Source: Vicugna vicugna (Eukaryota). From it: DNA of 64,000 nucleotides. The notes under the pieces are model-generated. The model was given only the letters and a program-made list of their open reading frames with translations, did not search any database and was not told the origin of the DNA. Shown in pieces: positions 26,361 to 38,447 of the stretch. Within the stretch, counting starts at the first letter, position 1, and every line of letters begins with the position of its first letter. A program made the position numbers and the translations under genes. The DNA lies in contig MU057724.1 of NCBI GenBank assembly GCA_013265495.1, positions 124,001-188,000 on the forward strand, in the 5' to 3' direction.

Positions 26361-27204
26361 TCGGTATAATACTGTTTTTGAAACAATTTTAAAATGTAGT
26401 GAGCTGAAGAATTTTATTTACATACTGTACTTAAAATGACTTTTCTTTATGTTAACATAAGCAACATTGAGAATTAGCTGTACAGCAGGTCTTGAACATT
26501 TAGTAAAAGCTCTGAAATAGTCATTTAGTCTTATTTTCACAGTAATTAAAATTATTGGAAGAAAACGTGCTTATGCTTACAGGTACAAGTGCACGTGGGT
26601 TACATACCTACACCTGATCTTCCCTGAAAGGAGCCCTTGTGCATTCTGGAGACCCCTGTCAACTTGGTTACAAGCACTCAGTGTTGTGCTGGAACACAGA
26701 GCACATTCCTTACCAAATGCAGGTCTAGAGACATCTCAACAAGAAACTGAAGCAGAGTTTTCATCATTTCCTTAGGAAGAACTTTGTGTAGGCAGTACTG
26801 CCCTAACTGTCAGAACAGTTACAGGGCAGGGTGGGCGGGCTAGGGTGCTGGTGAGCACAGACGAGGTGTCCTGTGGGTGGTTGGGGGTGAGCAGGCTCAA
26901 CTTGCCCTCGGATGCTCCGTGCTGTCCTTCCCATTTTCTCAAGGTGGTCAGAGCGATTTTTTGAAATGGAAGTCATATCACGTCTCTCCTCTGCTTCAGA
27001 ACCTTTCAACTAATGTGCAGGCCTGGAGCTGCTGGGAGAAGCACAGGGTAGAGGGTAGTACCTGAAAACTGCGGGTGAAAGGGATTGGGGGACAAAAAGG
27101 TTTTGTGGAGACACCGCTTCAGCCTTCACAGCAGTCCTTTTTGTGCATGAACCTGGATTGCTATTCTTTGTTTTATTCTTAATATTTTTTGTACCTTCTT
27201 TTTA

Positions 27205-30200
27205 AAATTTATTTTTAATTAAAACTTTGGTATTTTATGATCACTGTAGAGTCACATGCGGCTGTAAGAAAAAGTAGAGAGATCTAGTCTCTCCTAAGGG
27301 CAATGTCCTGCCACACTGCCAAAGAGTGTAAACCACAGAGTTACTGAAGCAGTCGCCATGCAGGACAGCTCCCTGTTACAGGGCTCCCTCACTTGTCTTG
27401 TAGGACTACCCACTCCTTTGACCACGCCCCTCCTTAATTCCTTCAGTTACTCATCTGTTTTCCATTCTTACTGTTTCTCATTTCAACAGCATTATGTATG
27501 TGGAATCACATAGTGTGTAGCCTTATGAAGTTGCTTTTTTCATCCGCATAATTCTCTGGAGATCCTTCTGAGTTGTTGCCTGTGTCAGTAGTCCCTTCCT
27601 TTGCACTGCCGAGCAGCCTTTCCTTGTGTGGATGCACCACACTTGTCTGACCACCTGGTTAGGGCATCTGGCTATGGTGGGTGAAGTGAACGTTGGTGTA
27701 CCAGTTGGTGTGAACATGTGCTTTCATCTCTCTGGGGTAAATACCAGAGTGTAACTGTGGGATCTCCTAAGTAGTTACATGTTTAGTTTGTTAATGAACT
27801 GCACACTCTTCCAGACTGGCTGCACGTTAAACATTCCCACCAGCAGCGTGAGTGACTCAGATTGTCCACATATGCAGCAGTATCTCATGCTATCACTGTG
27901 TTCATTTTACCTGTGTGTGTAGTGACAGCTGATGTGATTTACACGTGTGTTTCACTGAATGATGCTGGGCGTCTTCCGACGTGCTCGTTTGCCCTCGTGT
28001 ATTCTCCTGGTGAAGTGTGTGTGTGTGTATCTTTTGCCCATGTTCTAATTGGACTGTTTGCTATTTACTGTTAAGATTTGAGGCTTCATAATATATTCTA
28101 GGTATATGAGTCCGTAATCTCAGTATCTACTTGACCTTTTCATCCTCTCAACAGGGTCTTACACAGAACAAAATAGATTTTACTTTAATGAAGTCCACAT
28201 TAGCAGTTCTTTCTTTTATGAATTGTGCGCTTCGTGCCAAGCTTAAGAACCTTGTGCCCAGCCCTAGATTCCAGAGACTTTCCCCTGTGTGGTTTTATAT
28301 AAGATATGACACATATATGGAGGTTTGTTTTTTGTCTGTGGATGCCTAATTTCTCAAGAACAGTATGTTGAAAGGCTGTCTTTTCTCCATTGAATTACTT
28401 TTGCACCTTTGTCAAAAACAACTTGAATTAATGTGTGTGGGTCTCTTCCTGAGTTCTCTGTTCTGTTCATTGAGCCGTGCGTCTGTCCCTCTGACAGTAC
28501 CATCTTTTTTTCCCTTTTTTTAATGGAGGTACTGGGGATTGAACCCAGGACCTTGTGCATGCTAAGCATGCACTCTGCCACTGAGCTGTACCCTCCCCTC
28601 TCACCATATACTCTTGACTATGTAATGTCTTGAAATCAGGTAGATCAGTTCTTACCACTGCATTCTTCTTTTTCAAAACTATTTCAGCTGTTGTAGTTAA
28701 ATGTTGTCTTTCCATATAAATTTTAGAATAATTTATATCTATGAAAAATCTTGCTGGGATTTCAATAGAAGTTATGTTAAACACATCATTTTGGGAAGAA
28801 TTGGCATCATTACTCTCTGAAGTCTTTCAGTGAACACAGTATGTCTGCTTCTTTGATTTCTTTCATCAGCAATCTGTAGCTTCATATACGCATACATGTT
28901 TTGTCAGATTTACACTGGAGCATTTCTTTCTTAGAGGTTGTAAATAGCATTGTATTTTTAACTTTGGGTGTCCATGCATTCATTGCTAGTATATAAAAAT
29001 ACAGTTAATTTTTGTGTGTTGATTTTGCATCCTACAACCTTGCTGAACTCATTCGTTAGTCCTGGAATTTTGGGGGGTAAAATCCTTGGTAATTTGTACA
29101 TAGGCAGTCGTGCCATCTGCGAGTAGGAAAAGAGTAAGTGTTCCTTTCCGATTTGTGTGCCTCTTATTTCCTCCCCTTGCCTCATTGCACTGACTCCAGC
29201 CACTGGTGCTGTGCTGGGAAAGAGGAGTGAGAGCATATGTCCTTGCCTGTTCCCAACTTAGGGGAAAACTTGTAGTCTTTCTCCACTAAGTATAATATTA
29301 CCTGTAGGTTTTTTGTAGATAATCTTTATCAAATTGAGAGAGTTCCCCTTTATTTCCAATTTTCTGAGACTTTGTGTCATCAATGAGTGTTGAGTCTTAC
29401 CAGGTGGTTTTCTTGTGTTGATTCCTGTGATCATTTGATTTTTCTTGTTTAGCAGTTATCGTGAGTTAGACTGACTGATTTTCAAATATTGAACCCGCTT
29501 TGCATCCCTGGAATAACCTCTGCTTGGTCATAGGCTCTGTGTGTGTGTGTGTGTGAATTTTTTGTTACTTATTGCCGACTTCTATTTGCTAATACTTTGT
29601 TACGAATTTTCACATCTGTATTTATAAAGCATCTGGGTCTGTAAGTTTCCTTTTGTGTGTGTATGTATTGTCTTTGTTTTGTTTTGGTATCCGTATGATT
29701 CTAGCTTCATGACACAGATTGAGAAGCGTTCCCTCCTCTTCTCTTTTTGGAAATAGATTGTGTAGAATTGGTGTTAATTTGTCTTCAGACATTTGGTAGA
29801 ATTCTCCAATGAAGGTACAGATGTAGAGACATATTTTGGGGAGCTTTTAAATTAAATTTTTAATTTTCTTACTAGTTACAGGTCTAGTCACGTAATTATT
29901 TCATATTCTCTGAGTTGTGGTAGTTTGTGTTTTCTCAAGAAATTGGTCCATCTCATCAAATATGTTGCATTCACATGTAGAGTTGTGTGTAGTGTTCTTT
30001 TACTGCCCTTTGGGTTTCTGCAGAGTTATGTGAGGTCCCCTGTTTCCTTCCTGATATCGGTAATTTGTGTCTCCTCTGTTTCTTTGCCAGTCTTGCTAGA
30101 GGTTTATCAATTTTATTGATTTTGTTCATGGACCAGTTCTTCATTTCATTGATTTTATCTTTTTAAAAATTTTCAACTTCATTGACTTTTGTTCTTATCT

Positions 30201-30280
30201 TTCTCTTTGACTCATGAATTTTTTTAGTTAGTTAGCTTCCAAATATTTAGAAATTTTCCTGTTATTTTTCTGCTATTAAT
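27205..30280 (-). mobile_element. Old LINE-1 (L1MC/L1MD-like) 3' UTR and ORF2, 5'-truncated
   Basis: 3'-end text tgtagagtcacatgcggctgtaagaaaaagtagagagatc. ORF2-like minus-strand translations ([40 protein letters not shown]). Confidence 0.9.
28505..28598 (-). mobile_element. tRNA-derived SINE of camelid (Vic-1-like) type, nested in L1
   Basis: The minus strand reads ggggagggtacagctcagtggcagagtgcatgcttagcatgcacaaggtcctgggttcaatccccagtacctcca plus an A-rich tail, with Pol III A and B boxes present. Confidence 0.85.
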
Positions 30281-30576
30281 TGGAAGACAAGAAGGGGTAG
30301 CTTTTGCTTTTACCTTAAATTAAAACCCAGTAATCGATATGATAAAGTACAGACTCATGACACAGGGTTAGGTACACAGACAGGTTAAATTAATCCTTTT
30401 ATATGTATATATTGCTCAGGTCAACTGCACATGAACATAAAGAGGGGAAGAAAATAGCTTAAAACATCAACTTTGTACATTATTCTATTTGTTTTAGTAA
30501 AAATGATAAAAGGACTGACTTAAATTATTTTAAGAAACAACTAGAATTACTCCATTCTGTGTATTTAAATATCCTG

Positions 30577-30726
30577 GCAGCCCCTCTCTCTCCCTATTCG
30601 GAGATGGCCCACATTCTGTCTAAGGAGTGTGTACCTACTTTTCATCTGAGCACCCAACCCCCACACCTCGTGACCTTTCTCTTGCCTTTCAATGTATCTC
30701 TCAGAATAAATCTACCTACCTTCACA

Positions 30727-30797
<71 letters not shown>

Positions 30798-30800
30798 ATA
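30577..30800 (+). mobile_element. Short retrocopy of a polyadenylated, LTR-R-like sequence with (TAAA)n tail and TSDs
   Basis: aaatatcctg is duplicated at 30567-30576 and 30796-30805, next to a TTT|AAA target. AATAAA at 30705-30710 lies 15 nt before the tail. The body (ggagtgtgt...tctctcagaataaatctac) resembles an ERV LTR R region. Confidence 0.7.
30726..30800 (+). repeat. (TAAA)n microsatellite, about 18 units
   Basis: Perfect TAAA run read directly from the sequence. Confidence 0.97.
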
Positions 30801-31689
30801 TCCTGACTGTACTTTGTGTTGAAATATATGTTGCCCGGGTTAAATTTCAAATGCATACATTCCATCGTTGTGATGGTTCAGAAATACCAGGTTCCTGTCT
30901 TCCAGCCCTTGGTCTAGAAGCCTCAGATGGTTGTGAGCTTATCTAGAGGCTTGTACGTAAACAAGTGATACAATCAGTTCCCTTTTTCTTATCTTTTATT
31001 TCTTCTTTGCTTCAACCTTCTCCACTCTGTCCTCAGGGTCATTATTTTATTGTCCTAAAGCACAGATTTCAGAAGACATTGTATATACTCCTAAGGAACT
31101 AGAAAATATATTAGAAATGAATCCAGCCGTAGCACTCCATTACAAGAAATAACCATTCCAGAATAAGAATGACTTTTGGAAAGAACTGAGGAAAATTCAT
31201 CCAGCACATATCTACGGATGCTTGTGTGTCTAGCACGCCAAGTGAGGTGAAAAAAATAGATGTCCCTCCAGTCTTTCATATCACCAGCATCTCACTGGGG
31301 AAATGAGTCCTTCTCCAGAAGGAAATGGGGGAGATGGGTGCTTCCCTGCAATGATGTGGTCTGGTTATGACTTGGTCCTTTCCCCATTTAGTAGCGTGGT
31401 GGGACATTCTGTACTCTTGGCAGCTGGGGTACACTGGGCTTGGATCCTGCCCGACACACATTGCATTGGTGTGGGGTCGGCGTGTGTGCATTGTTTGAAC
31501 TTTGCTGCTGCCTCCTCATGAAGAGAGGCCTGTGGTTCTCTGAGGATAGCCTGTCTCCTCTCAGTGCACCAGGAGACATTCTTGAGGGGTTGGGTATCAA
31601 GGCACTCTGGGCATGTGAGTGTTTCTCCATTTGGGAAAAATAACAGTAGTGTGCAGAGAACACGACACATCTCTTAGAGCAAAGCAGTC

Positions 31690-31820
31690 AGGCCCAGTTC
31701 TCACCTGTCACGTAAGAATGTAACAGCTCGCTCTGCACCTTGATGGGTTGTTATGAGAACTGAATGGAGGTATAGAAGCAAAATTCTTAGACAAGTAGAG
31801 ATGGCTCAGGCACGGTCATG
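31690..31820 (+). mobile_element. MIR SINE fragment
   Basis: cagttctcacctgtcacgtaagaatg...gggttgttatgagaactgaatg. Confidence 0.55.
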
Positions 31821-33859
31821 AGTTTTATGTGACTTCACACAGGTAGCCCCTTCCTAAAGCTCCCTGAAGGCCACACCCACTCCTGTTACATCATCTCTTG
31901 TCAACCAGGGAGCTTTTCATCTCTGCTGGACCAGAGAGCACAGCTAATAAAATGGAACCTGTAGGCCTAGTGACCTCACTAGAGCCACGGCTGTGATCCA
32001 GAGGCAGGCTGACCTCCGGATGGTTCCGAGAGGGCTGTATGGGTGTGTGTGGGTCTCGGGGTCATTCTGCACAGTGCTTGTCCCTTGAGGATTCCCAGCC
32101 TGCCTCCACCACTCTGCCCTCACTGGCTTCTGTCCGGGGGAGACACTGAGTCCCGTCTCGTGCTCTGGCTGCAGGGTGAGCAGCCTTTCAAGCCAGAACT
32201 GTCATCTGGGACCTAGATATTTGGGCTGAAGAATTCCTGGCTGTTGTTTTCTGGAACACATGTGTACTGTACTTGAATGAAGTCCTATGGGTAGATATTA
32301 TCAGAGGATGCCCGCGCTGCATGTTGTAATGTAAACTTGTAGGTGAATGTTTAGGACTAGAAAGCACAGGTAATTATAGTGGTAGGAATAAAACTTATTA
32401 AGCTTAAATTAGAGCGTTTGCATGTCCCTGACCTTGCTACCTATTAGTTTCTGAACCCAAAGTACACACCCTAAAGTTGAATGGGTTGTTTCCCAAAAGT
32501 TCCTTTCTTAGAACTTGGACTGCATTTGTGCAAAGAACAGTGAAAGAAATCATGGCTCCGTTCCCAGGCTAGCTCCCAAAAGTCTGTTTCACACTGATGC
32601 ATTCTCGCATTTTACTGATAACGGAACTGCAGCTCCTCTGTTCCACATTCATAACATTATTTCTCGGAGAAAAAGAACTTTAACTCCAAGTTCAGATGCT
32701 GTGGATGTAGGTCCATGGCAGTGGAGAGGCTGGGGGGAAGGAAAGAAGCTGATATCTGGAGGCAGGCATTTCGTAATGAGTTGGAGAAACATTCCTGGGC
32801 ACCGAGTCAGGTCTTTATGCCTCTCTGAGAGGGTCCCTGTCCAGGCCAGCACTGCTTCTCTTCTTTGAACTGGTAACAGAAAGGCAGTGTAGGGAGACTG
32901 CGAATGGCAGACATTGAGGAATGGTGTCTAAGTATTGTCTAAACAGTGGCAGATCTGTGCCTGTGTTCGGTTACTTCCTAAATTGGAGGCAGCTCAGAAA
33001 CTGGTTATGTCAGTTCCAGTGTAGAGCAAGATATGTACCAAACTTTTGCATACTTACTTGATTAAAAGAAGTCAGTTATACTTTACTTTGATTCTTCTGT
33101 TTCTCTGAATGAATTTCTAATATTCTTAAAAACAGAGCTCGTTTCTTTAACTTTGATACAAGTTATTCATATCATGCAAATGTGAATATTATGTTTTGAG
33201 CTCAAGCAAAAGTTACTTCCCCCCAAAAAAGTCCCACAATGTCTTAATTCCAGTCAGATACCAACACATAATGGCAAATCAGCGTCACACTCAGTAACCG
33301 TAGATGATCATTGTCTTACAAACCCAGCTCTGGATAAGCACAAGCTCTGCTGTTTCTAAGCCTGAGGAGGACTTGAACTCCACACTAACCTTGTACCCAG
33401 CAGTGAGATACGCACTGGTGTGTCTTCTCTGTAGATTTTAATATCCTTTGTGGTTGCTTGTGACGTGGTTTGTTTTAGTCTCTGAGGAATGTTTGCTCTT
33501 GTTTGTTCATGTAGTCTGGCACTTGTTTACCGTGGAGTGTCCCTTGAAATGATTAGCTGTATAATGTAAAAGGAAAATAAAAGTGATTTGGGTGTAAACA
33601 GGTGAAAAAAGTCACCTGTATGCATAGTGGATATTTTAAAATTATATAGATTTTTTGAATAATAACAATTCAGTACTGAAAAATGTGTTGCAGTTAGCCA
33701 CGTGTACCTGTGTTCTAGTGTGCTGACTAAAATTGCATATTACACTTTTCAAAAATAGTTTTACACTGCCTGGACATGACTGTCTCAGTTAACGTGAACA
33801 TGTGTGCTCCATGGAAGCAGCTGCTGTGTACAGATAAGGCGACCTGAGCTCGTTCACCC

Positions 33860-33980
33860 TGTGTAGCTCCGGGACCCCTGTGACCATCACCTGATTGTCC
33901 TGTGCCTCCGCTTCCCCATCTATAAAATGTCTATGACAGTGCAGAAAAACGATGGTATGTTCTGCTGAGGGACGGTGGTC
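33860..33980 (+). mobile_element. MIR SINE fragment
   Basis: ctgtgcctccgcttccccatctataaaatg matches the MIR core. Confidence 0.65.
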
Positions 33981-36839
33981 CTGACAGTTGGTGAAACCTG
34001 TTCTCCGGGAGACAGGGGTCACAGTGACACCATCCCCTTGCTTGTTTGGAGTGGGTTGGAAGAGCCTGGGATAGAATGCCATGCTCGTGGGGTCTGGCTT
34101 CCTTTGTGAAGGAATAAAATGAAGTAAATTATGAAAGAAGTTTTCATAGAAAAAACTGCATGGTAGCATCTTGTATCTTCCACCTGGGACCCAAATCCAA
34201 GTTTTCTCTTTCTGATCAGGTTGACTTTCCCAAGCGCAAACAGAAATTGTAGTTGTTGATTTCATTTTATGTAACCAACTTCTGATAAGAATAACATTTA
34301 ATATATAGTTGTTTGTTTAAAGTGAAATGCTTATTTCCCTTGGGGGAGATAGGCGTAGATAAAACTTTCAAAGTGGTAAAGTGTCTTTGCTTATGTTTTG
34401 CTGACAGGCCACACAGCTGACACAACTGCAGCCGATCTTATCAAAGGGGTCATTCTTGGTGGCTGCACTGAAGAGCCTTTCATGACTCCCCTGCTGTGAG
34501 CACTCTCCTGGACTCTGACCTGCACGGGTCTCCTGTCAGGGACTGCTGCTCATGTACCTATTGGATACTGTTACAGTCTTCACTATCCTTTCCAAATCTG
34601 TCTTTTCACACCCAGTACTGGTGAGCCAGTGGGCAGGCTCATCTCCGCTGATGGGTCAGGGCTCTCTGGCAGCCTCAAGTTAGCCATGTGGAGCTCCGCT
34701 CTGCCTCTTTGGGGTCCAGGCAGCCACACTGCCCTCTTTAGCTCATCCAGCCTGCAGCCCTTCCTGCATCTGGCGGGTCCCTTGGGAGTCTCACTTCCCT
34801 GAGAAGCCCGCCAGCGACAGCCAGGGAGTTCAGACTCCTTAGTAATCTCCTGGGCTTGCTCAGAGACAGATGTCGAGGAAGCCCAGTGTAATTGCTTTTA
34901 CACCAGCGTTCTCATATGACTGTCTACCTATTAATGATTTTTTTTCCTTCTTTCTACTTTCCTAACTTTCCCAAGTTATCTAGAATGGCCATTTATGATT
35001 TTCACAATCAGATAAAACAACTTTTCTTTCTTGCTGCTCTCCTGTCCTCCCTTTCTGTATGTCTTGGGGTAATCTATCCATTCTTAAGTCTACAGCAGAC
35101 CCCACATTTTACTGCTTGAAGAGTTTGTATCTCTGTGTGTTTTCCTCCAAAGAAATAAGCATTTCATTTTAAATAGTCCCTCTGGACTCTGCTATAAAAT
35201 GAGCCAATTCTTTTGTGGCCAGGAGGTGTCCTCTCTTTTGGAGTGAAATCAGGGCAGATGGCAGAGCAGGAAGTGCCAGGAATCTGTCCCTCCACCGAAA
35301 CAGCAGTCTGAGGCCCTGCCAGACACCCCTCCTCTGCAGCCACGTCTGTGGGACCAGAGCCAAGCAGCTCTCTGGAGGACACACTGTCAGGAGGACCAAG
35401 TCTCCAGGAGGGAGCAGAAACAAGTCAGAGGAGAAACAAAGGACTGAAGAACTGAAGCCTTCAGATAGCTGTAGAGTCTGAGGGCAAGTTTTCCTTTTCA
35501 GGAGCACAGTCTCACTTTCTAACAGTCAGAAATTGGCTCTAGTCACTGTAGTGTCTCACGGGTTGGGGAGGCTCACCTTGGCTGGTGGTGTGATTTCAGC
35601 GTGTGATATGCCTGCTGTGGTTCTGCTGTGCTCTGGTTGCCATGTGATGCTCTGAGGTTTCTGCTGTTCTCGTTTGTCCTCATTTCTTTGTGGAAATAAG
35701 CTGTGCCATTCAGGAGAAGTTCACTTCTTCTGTAAAATATAGTTGTGATCCCAGAAGGTTCTTACTCCTTTTATAAATAAAAACATGTTCTTTAACCAGT
35801 CTTGCACACTTACCTAGTTTGACTGAGGTTTGTCCTGGTTGATGCTGGACTAAGGATTGTTTGTGGTAATTAAACATAGGCTTTGTGACTTGGATGGAGA
35901 GTATTTCTTGAACTTAATTTACTAGTTCTTTTATGTTAGTGTCAACTTCAGCTTTTTTGTGATCATTGTCTTCCCAAATTCCTTTAATTGTCATTTAGCA
36001 TGAATACTTTTGTTCTGAATTTTGCAAATTTTGTACTAAAATTTCAGTTTGGGAAATTTTGTGGATTTTAGAAGAACATTTTTCAATTCATTTGTCTGTC
36101 TCCTTTTCTATTCTAGGTACACACTATTCAAATACTGTAGTCTGTCATATTTTATTGTGTCATCTCAATTTTTATTTCTCCTTGTGAAGTCAAAAGGTGA
36201 AACCATTAAAACATTTTTTTACATATGAACATGGTCAACTTTTGTTGAGATGACCTATATTGTGGATATATGCTATTACTAAAATTCCTTTTAAAGAATG
36301 CTATTACCGTATGCATTTATTCATTTTTAGTGATCTGAATCTATTTGCAGTTTATTAACTTTTTCATGTGAATGGTTACCATGGTATTTCTTGATAAAGT
36401 GGGTCTTTTAATCAACTTTTTATCTCAGTTGGAGTCAAAAAGCTAGACAACAGAACAAGCTTAATTGTCTTGACTGCTGCGACTCTTCAGCCTGGTCCGA
36501 GCCAGTTTCTTCTCCCACAGTCCCAGTGAGGATAAGTGAAAGTAAAAGTCCAGTTGCCGCCGCTGAATCCTTGCTTGTCTTGGGTGTTGTCCCTTCACCT
36601 CTGTTTCTAAGTTTCCGTTTTCTTTGAAAGTGGTCCCCACACTGAGGTCTGGCCAGACACCCTAGAGCTGAAGTAGGCCCTGACACCTGTCTATTTGGAA
36701 AATCATATATTTCTGGTTACAAATGATATGCCAAAGATTTCTCAATTTTGGTAATAAAAAAAGCATCATTTTTTTGTTTGTTTAAATAGCATTCAGTTGC
36801 ATTTAAATTATTTTAAATGGTTTGTTACTGGAAAGATAG

Positions 36840-37451
36840 TGAGGCAGAAAGCCCCATAAAAAGACTGGCAGGACCCCTAGGCAGGGCCGCTGCTCTCTTA
36901 CCACTAGCGTCTGGTTCCCCAGCCCAAAGGCTTTATCTCACTTTTTGCCTCTAAAGCGGCTAACTTACACCTAGAATTCTGTTGGTTCCCTGAGCTCACT
37001 TTCCTTCACTTCTGATTGGTTATTACTCTCACTCCTGATTGGTTATTACTCTCACTTGTGATTGGTTATTACTCTTACTTCTGATTGGTTATTACTCTCA
37101 CTTCTGATTGGTCCACTTCCCTAACTTCTGATTGGTCCATTTGTAGTACTTCATTTGCATGGAGCCTCACTCATGATTGGTCTATTTCTACAAAGCTTAT
37201 TCCTGGTTGGTCAACTTCTGTTGTACTTTATTTGTATAAGATGTTGCAAAGTGTAAAACTGGCAGCCTATAAATAGCCTGTGTAAACCTACAGACGGGGT
37301 CCAGAGCTCGAAGTGTTAGCTCGTGTGGGCTTGCGGGCGTAATAAACCTGAGTTCTCCAACTCTCCGAGAGCTGCTTGGTCTGTCGTCCAGGTCCAGGTT
37401 GCTGTCACAATTGAGCTGTAACGCTGAGCTGAAACACGTTTTTGTGCAACA
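36840..37451 (+). mobile_element. Solo endogenous retrovirus LTR (ERV1/class I type), 612 bp
   Basis: TG...CA termini with a perfect 4-bp TSD ATAG (36836-36839 and 37452-37455). U3 has tandem CCAAT repeats, then TATAAATA at 37268-37275 and AATAAA at 37341-37346. Confidence 0.92.
37006..37275 (+). promoter_or_regulatory. LTR U3 enhancer/promoter: 23-bp tandem array of inverted CCAAT (NF-Y) boxes, octamer and TATA box
   Basis: TGATTGG with ATTGG starting at 37015, 37038, 37061, 37084, 37107, 37131 and 37176. Octamer ATTTGCAT at 37153-37160; TATAAATA at 37268. Activity is not shown by the sequence. Confidence 0.7.
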
Positions 37452-38269
37452 ATAGTATTTGAAAATTCTCTAGGATGACTAATTTTTATAAAGCCAAGGT
37501 CTTTGAAGAATAATATACGTCATTTATGTAGACCATTTTAATGTATTGAATACTTTCATATCCATTATTGCCTTAAAATGCTCTAACGTAAATGCTGTTA
37601 CTCTTCTATATAGCACAGAAAGGATTCTGCTCACTTAGGTGATGCAGTGAAAATCATCTGGCGTCTAAGTGACAGAACTGAGACTTGAACCCAAATCTCT
37701 TGACTTCACTTTCCTGTTCTACCCGCTGTACCAAACTGCTTCTCTGAACACAATTTTTGTACCTAGAAAGAAGCGTGGAATGGTGTACTGCAAGTTTCTA
37801 AAAAAAATGTGTTACTTACCCACTTGACTTGTGACACTGAGGATGAGATGTGAGGGAGGCTCTGTTAACTAAGTCAAGTGAGGAAAATTGTTGGTCAGAT
37901 TGTAATTTTCTGTGCATCATTTCAGCTGTGAGTCCAGAGATGTTAGGTAGAATTTTTATCTCCTTTGTCCTGCTGCATGGGGTGAGAGCTTTATTGTTAA
38001 TTCGGAGAGAAAAAGCAAGGTCTTCCAAGTCAACAAGTTAAAGCATTAACATCCCATAGCTCTCTAGACGTGATGGACCCAGAGGAGGAAGAGCTGCTTT
38101 TCTACAGGTTCTGGCAAAGCCAGAAAGCTCCCTGAGACGCTTCCTGCCATTTAGGCCAAGTCCTCACAGTGAAACAGGTGTTTTGTAGCTGAAAAGGGTG
38201 AACTTGAGAGGCATGCTAGGCACTTGAGTAAAGTTAGGAAGGTGTAATAGTCATGTGTGTTTTCTAGAG

Positions 38270-38447
38270 TAGTAATCCTCAAAGTGTGGTGGTGGGACCT
38301 GCAGTATCACCTTGGAACCTGTTACAAGTGCAAATGAGGCAGCACCACCCCAGACCTACTGAATCAGAAACTCTGGGCGTGGGGCCCAACAGTCTGTGTT
38401 TTAACAAGCCTGTGATTCTGATTCATGCTAAAGTTTGAAAATTTCTG
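38270..38447 (+). mobile_element. MER5A (hAT-Charlie) MITE
   Basis: ctcaaagtgtggt...ccccagacctactgaatcagaaactctggg...tctgtgttttaacaagcc...ctaaagtttga, with an 8-bp TSD ttctagag / ttctggag. Confidence 0.9.

Noticed and set aside
28520..28598. tRNA gene
   Set aside because: It has A and B boxes but also an A-rich tail, is nested in an L1 and matches a SINE-type head, so it is called as a SINE.
35255..35320. Possible tip of an L1 5' UTR (agatggcagagcaggaagtgccaggaatctgtc)
   Set aside because: The match is too short to call from memory without a profile search.
37006..37140. CRISPR-like regularly spaced repeats
   Set aside because: These are head-to-tail 23-bp tandem units with no unique spacers, inside a mammalian LTR U3, and there are no cas genes.
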